This document shows positions 62,961 to 64,000 of a stretch of 64,000 nucleotides of DNA, piece after piece. The position numbers were made by a program, and so were the translations under genes. Below the pieces are notes generated by a model. The model was not told the DNA's origin. It worked only from the letters and a program-made list of their open reading frames with translations, and did no database searches. The stretch lies in assembly GCA_963842525.1 (NCBI GenBank), contig CAWJGT010000014.1, forward strand, positions 160,001-224,000, in the 5' to 3' direction. The number at the start of each line of letters is the position of its first letter. Position 1 is the first letter of the stretch. This DNA comes from an uncultured Holophagales bacterium. Lineage in GTDB: Bacteria; Acidobacteriota; Thermoanaerobaculia; Multivoradales; UBA5704.

Positions 62961-63127
62961 CCTCACCCCCTGTCCCCCTCTCCCATCGCCCCCCCTTCCC
63001 CCGGGAGAGGGGGAACGTAGTTGGTGCTCTCTCACAAAAAGCCTCGACCTCGCCTGTAAGCCCGAGCTACGTCCCCCCTCTCCCGGGGGAAGGGGGGGCG
63101 ATGGGAGAGGGGGACAGGGGGTGAGGT
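62961..63127. repeat. CCTCACCCCCTGTCCCCCTCTCCC inverted doublet
   Basis: Near-identical arms to 52157-52363. Confidence 0.85.
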
Positions 63128-63144
63128 TCAGATAGGATCAAGCC

Positions 63145-63939
63145 ATGGACAGTTGGATCGACAGAATCCGCGACATCAAAGACCGCGCCCTGCGCCCCTG
63201 GGACCGCGGGACCGAGCCCCTGGAGATCCGCAGGGCCGTCCTGGAGGATGCCGCCTCGCACGTCGTCGCGGCCGGCGGCGGCAAGAGGGTCTTCCCCTTC
63301 AACCGGGTGCGAGTCCACGTCCTGGCCGGCAGCCCGCAGGAACGCGAAGAGCTCGAAGCCGTCCTCCAGGAAGCCTGGGACCTGCGGACCGACCTGGTCG
63401 AAAGGCTCCGCGAGCGCGACTGCCGTTTCCCTCCGGACCTGGACGTCACCGTCCATGTCGCGGACCAACCGACCGACGCCTTCGGCGACCGACGCTTCCG
63501 GATCGAGTATCAGAGAGCCGAAGGCGAGCCCGCTCCCGGAGGCGGAGCCCCCCGCTCCGGCCGGCCCATCCTGGAGCTGACCGTCCTCAAAGGGACGGCA
63601 GGCCAGCACGTCTACACCTTCGAGTCGGCCGACCGCGTGACGTTGGGACGCCTCGAAGAGGTCCTGGACGAAGACGGCCGCCTCAAGCGCCGCAACGACG
63701 TGGCCTTCCTCGACGAGGGGGAAGTGAGCGCCACCGTCTCCCGCGAGCACGCCCGCATCCTCTGGGACGAGGACGCCCGCGAATACCGCATCCGCCGCGA
63801 GCCCGGAGCCTCGGGCACCCGCATCCTCCGCGACGGCCGCTCGATCGACGTCAGCGGCCAGGACCGCCGGGGCGTCAGGCTCCAGGCGGGGGACGAGGTG
63901 TGGCTGGGCAAAGCGTGTGTGAAGGTGGGGGTGCGGTAG
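63145..63939 (+). CDS. FHA domain protein
   Basis: VTLGR, TVSREHARI, GDEVWLG. Confidence 0.88.
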   Translation: MDSWIDRIRDIKDRALRPWDRGTEPLEIRRAVLEDAASHVVAAGGGKRVFPFNRVRVHVLAGSPQEREELEAVLQEAWDLRTDLVERLRERDCRFPPDLDVTVHVADQPTDAFGDRRFRIEYQRAEGEPAPGGGAPRSGRPILELTVLKGTAGQHVYTFESADRVTLGRLEEVLDEDGRLKRRNDVAFLDEGEVSATVSREHARILWDEDAREYRIRREPGASGTRILRDGRSIDVSGQDRRGVRLQAGDEVWLGKACVKVGVR

Positions 63940-64000
63940 GGCATCGAGGCCCGACCGCAGCCCGCCTCAGGGGTTGACGATCGTATTGCCCGGCTTGCGC

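Noticed and set aside
1-64000. tRNA/rRNA genes, integrase, cas effector genes
   Set aside because: None recognisable in this window.

Overview
High-GC bacterial window. Gene content and repeat style suggest Acidobacteriota, possibly Thermoanaerobaculia (inference). 1-9 kb: a type III-like CRISPR adaptation locus with three arrays sharing a 37-bp repeat (17, 29 and 14 repeats plus 3 degenerate ones) and three homologous leaders. It also holds an internally deleted RT-cas1 fusion, an intact cas2, a duplicated cas2 3' end, a 63-bp (3x21) tandem array and a REP/Y1-transposase remnant. 9-23 kb: toxin-antitoxin pairs, sulfatase, PEP mutase family, Uma2, a degenerate DHODH-membrane fusion, LOG, tolQRAB-pal-cpoB and rpsT. 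24-30 kb: an RHS toxin/immunity locus. 30-36 kb: lptE-leuS-nusB-ribH core genes. 36-38 kb: a secreted DPNG-tailed peptide gene next to a Zn-finger/TPR protein. 43-47 kb: two inverted FGE/C-type-lectin C-termini with a DGR adenine-mutagenesis signature, flanking a REP-associated transposase; one is attached to a decayed NACHT gene. 47-52 kb: APH-family kinase, orphan lanthipeptide-like precursor, a 21-bp-periodic array next to a small helical protein, and a TIR membrane protein. 52-64 kb: an FHA/PP2C/two Ser-Thr kinase/RodA-PBP fusion/FHA cluster. All counts were made by eye and no database searches were run.
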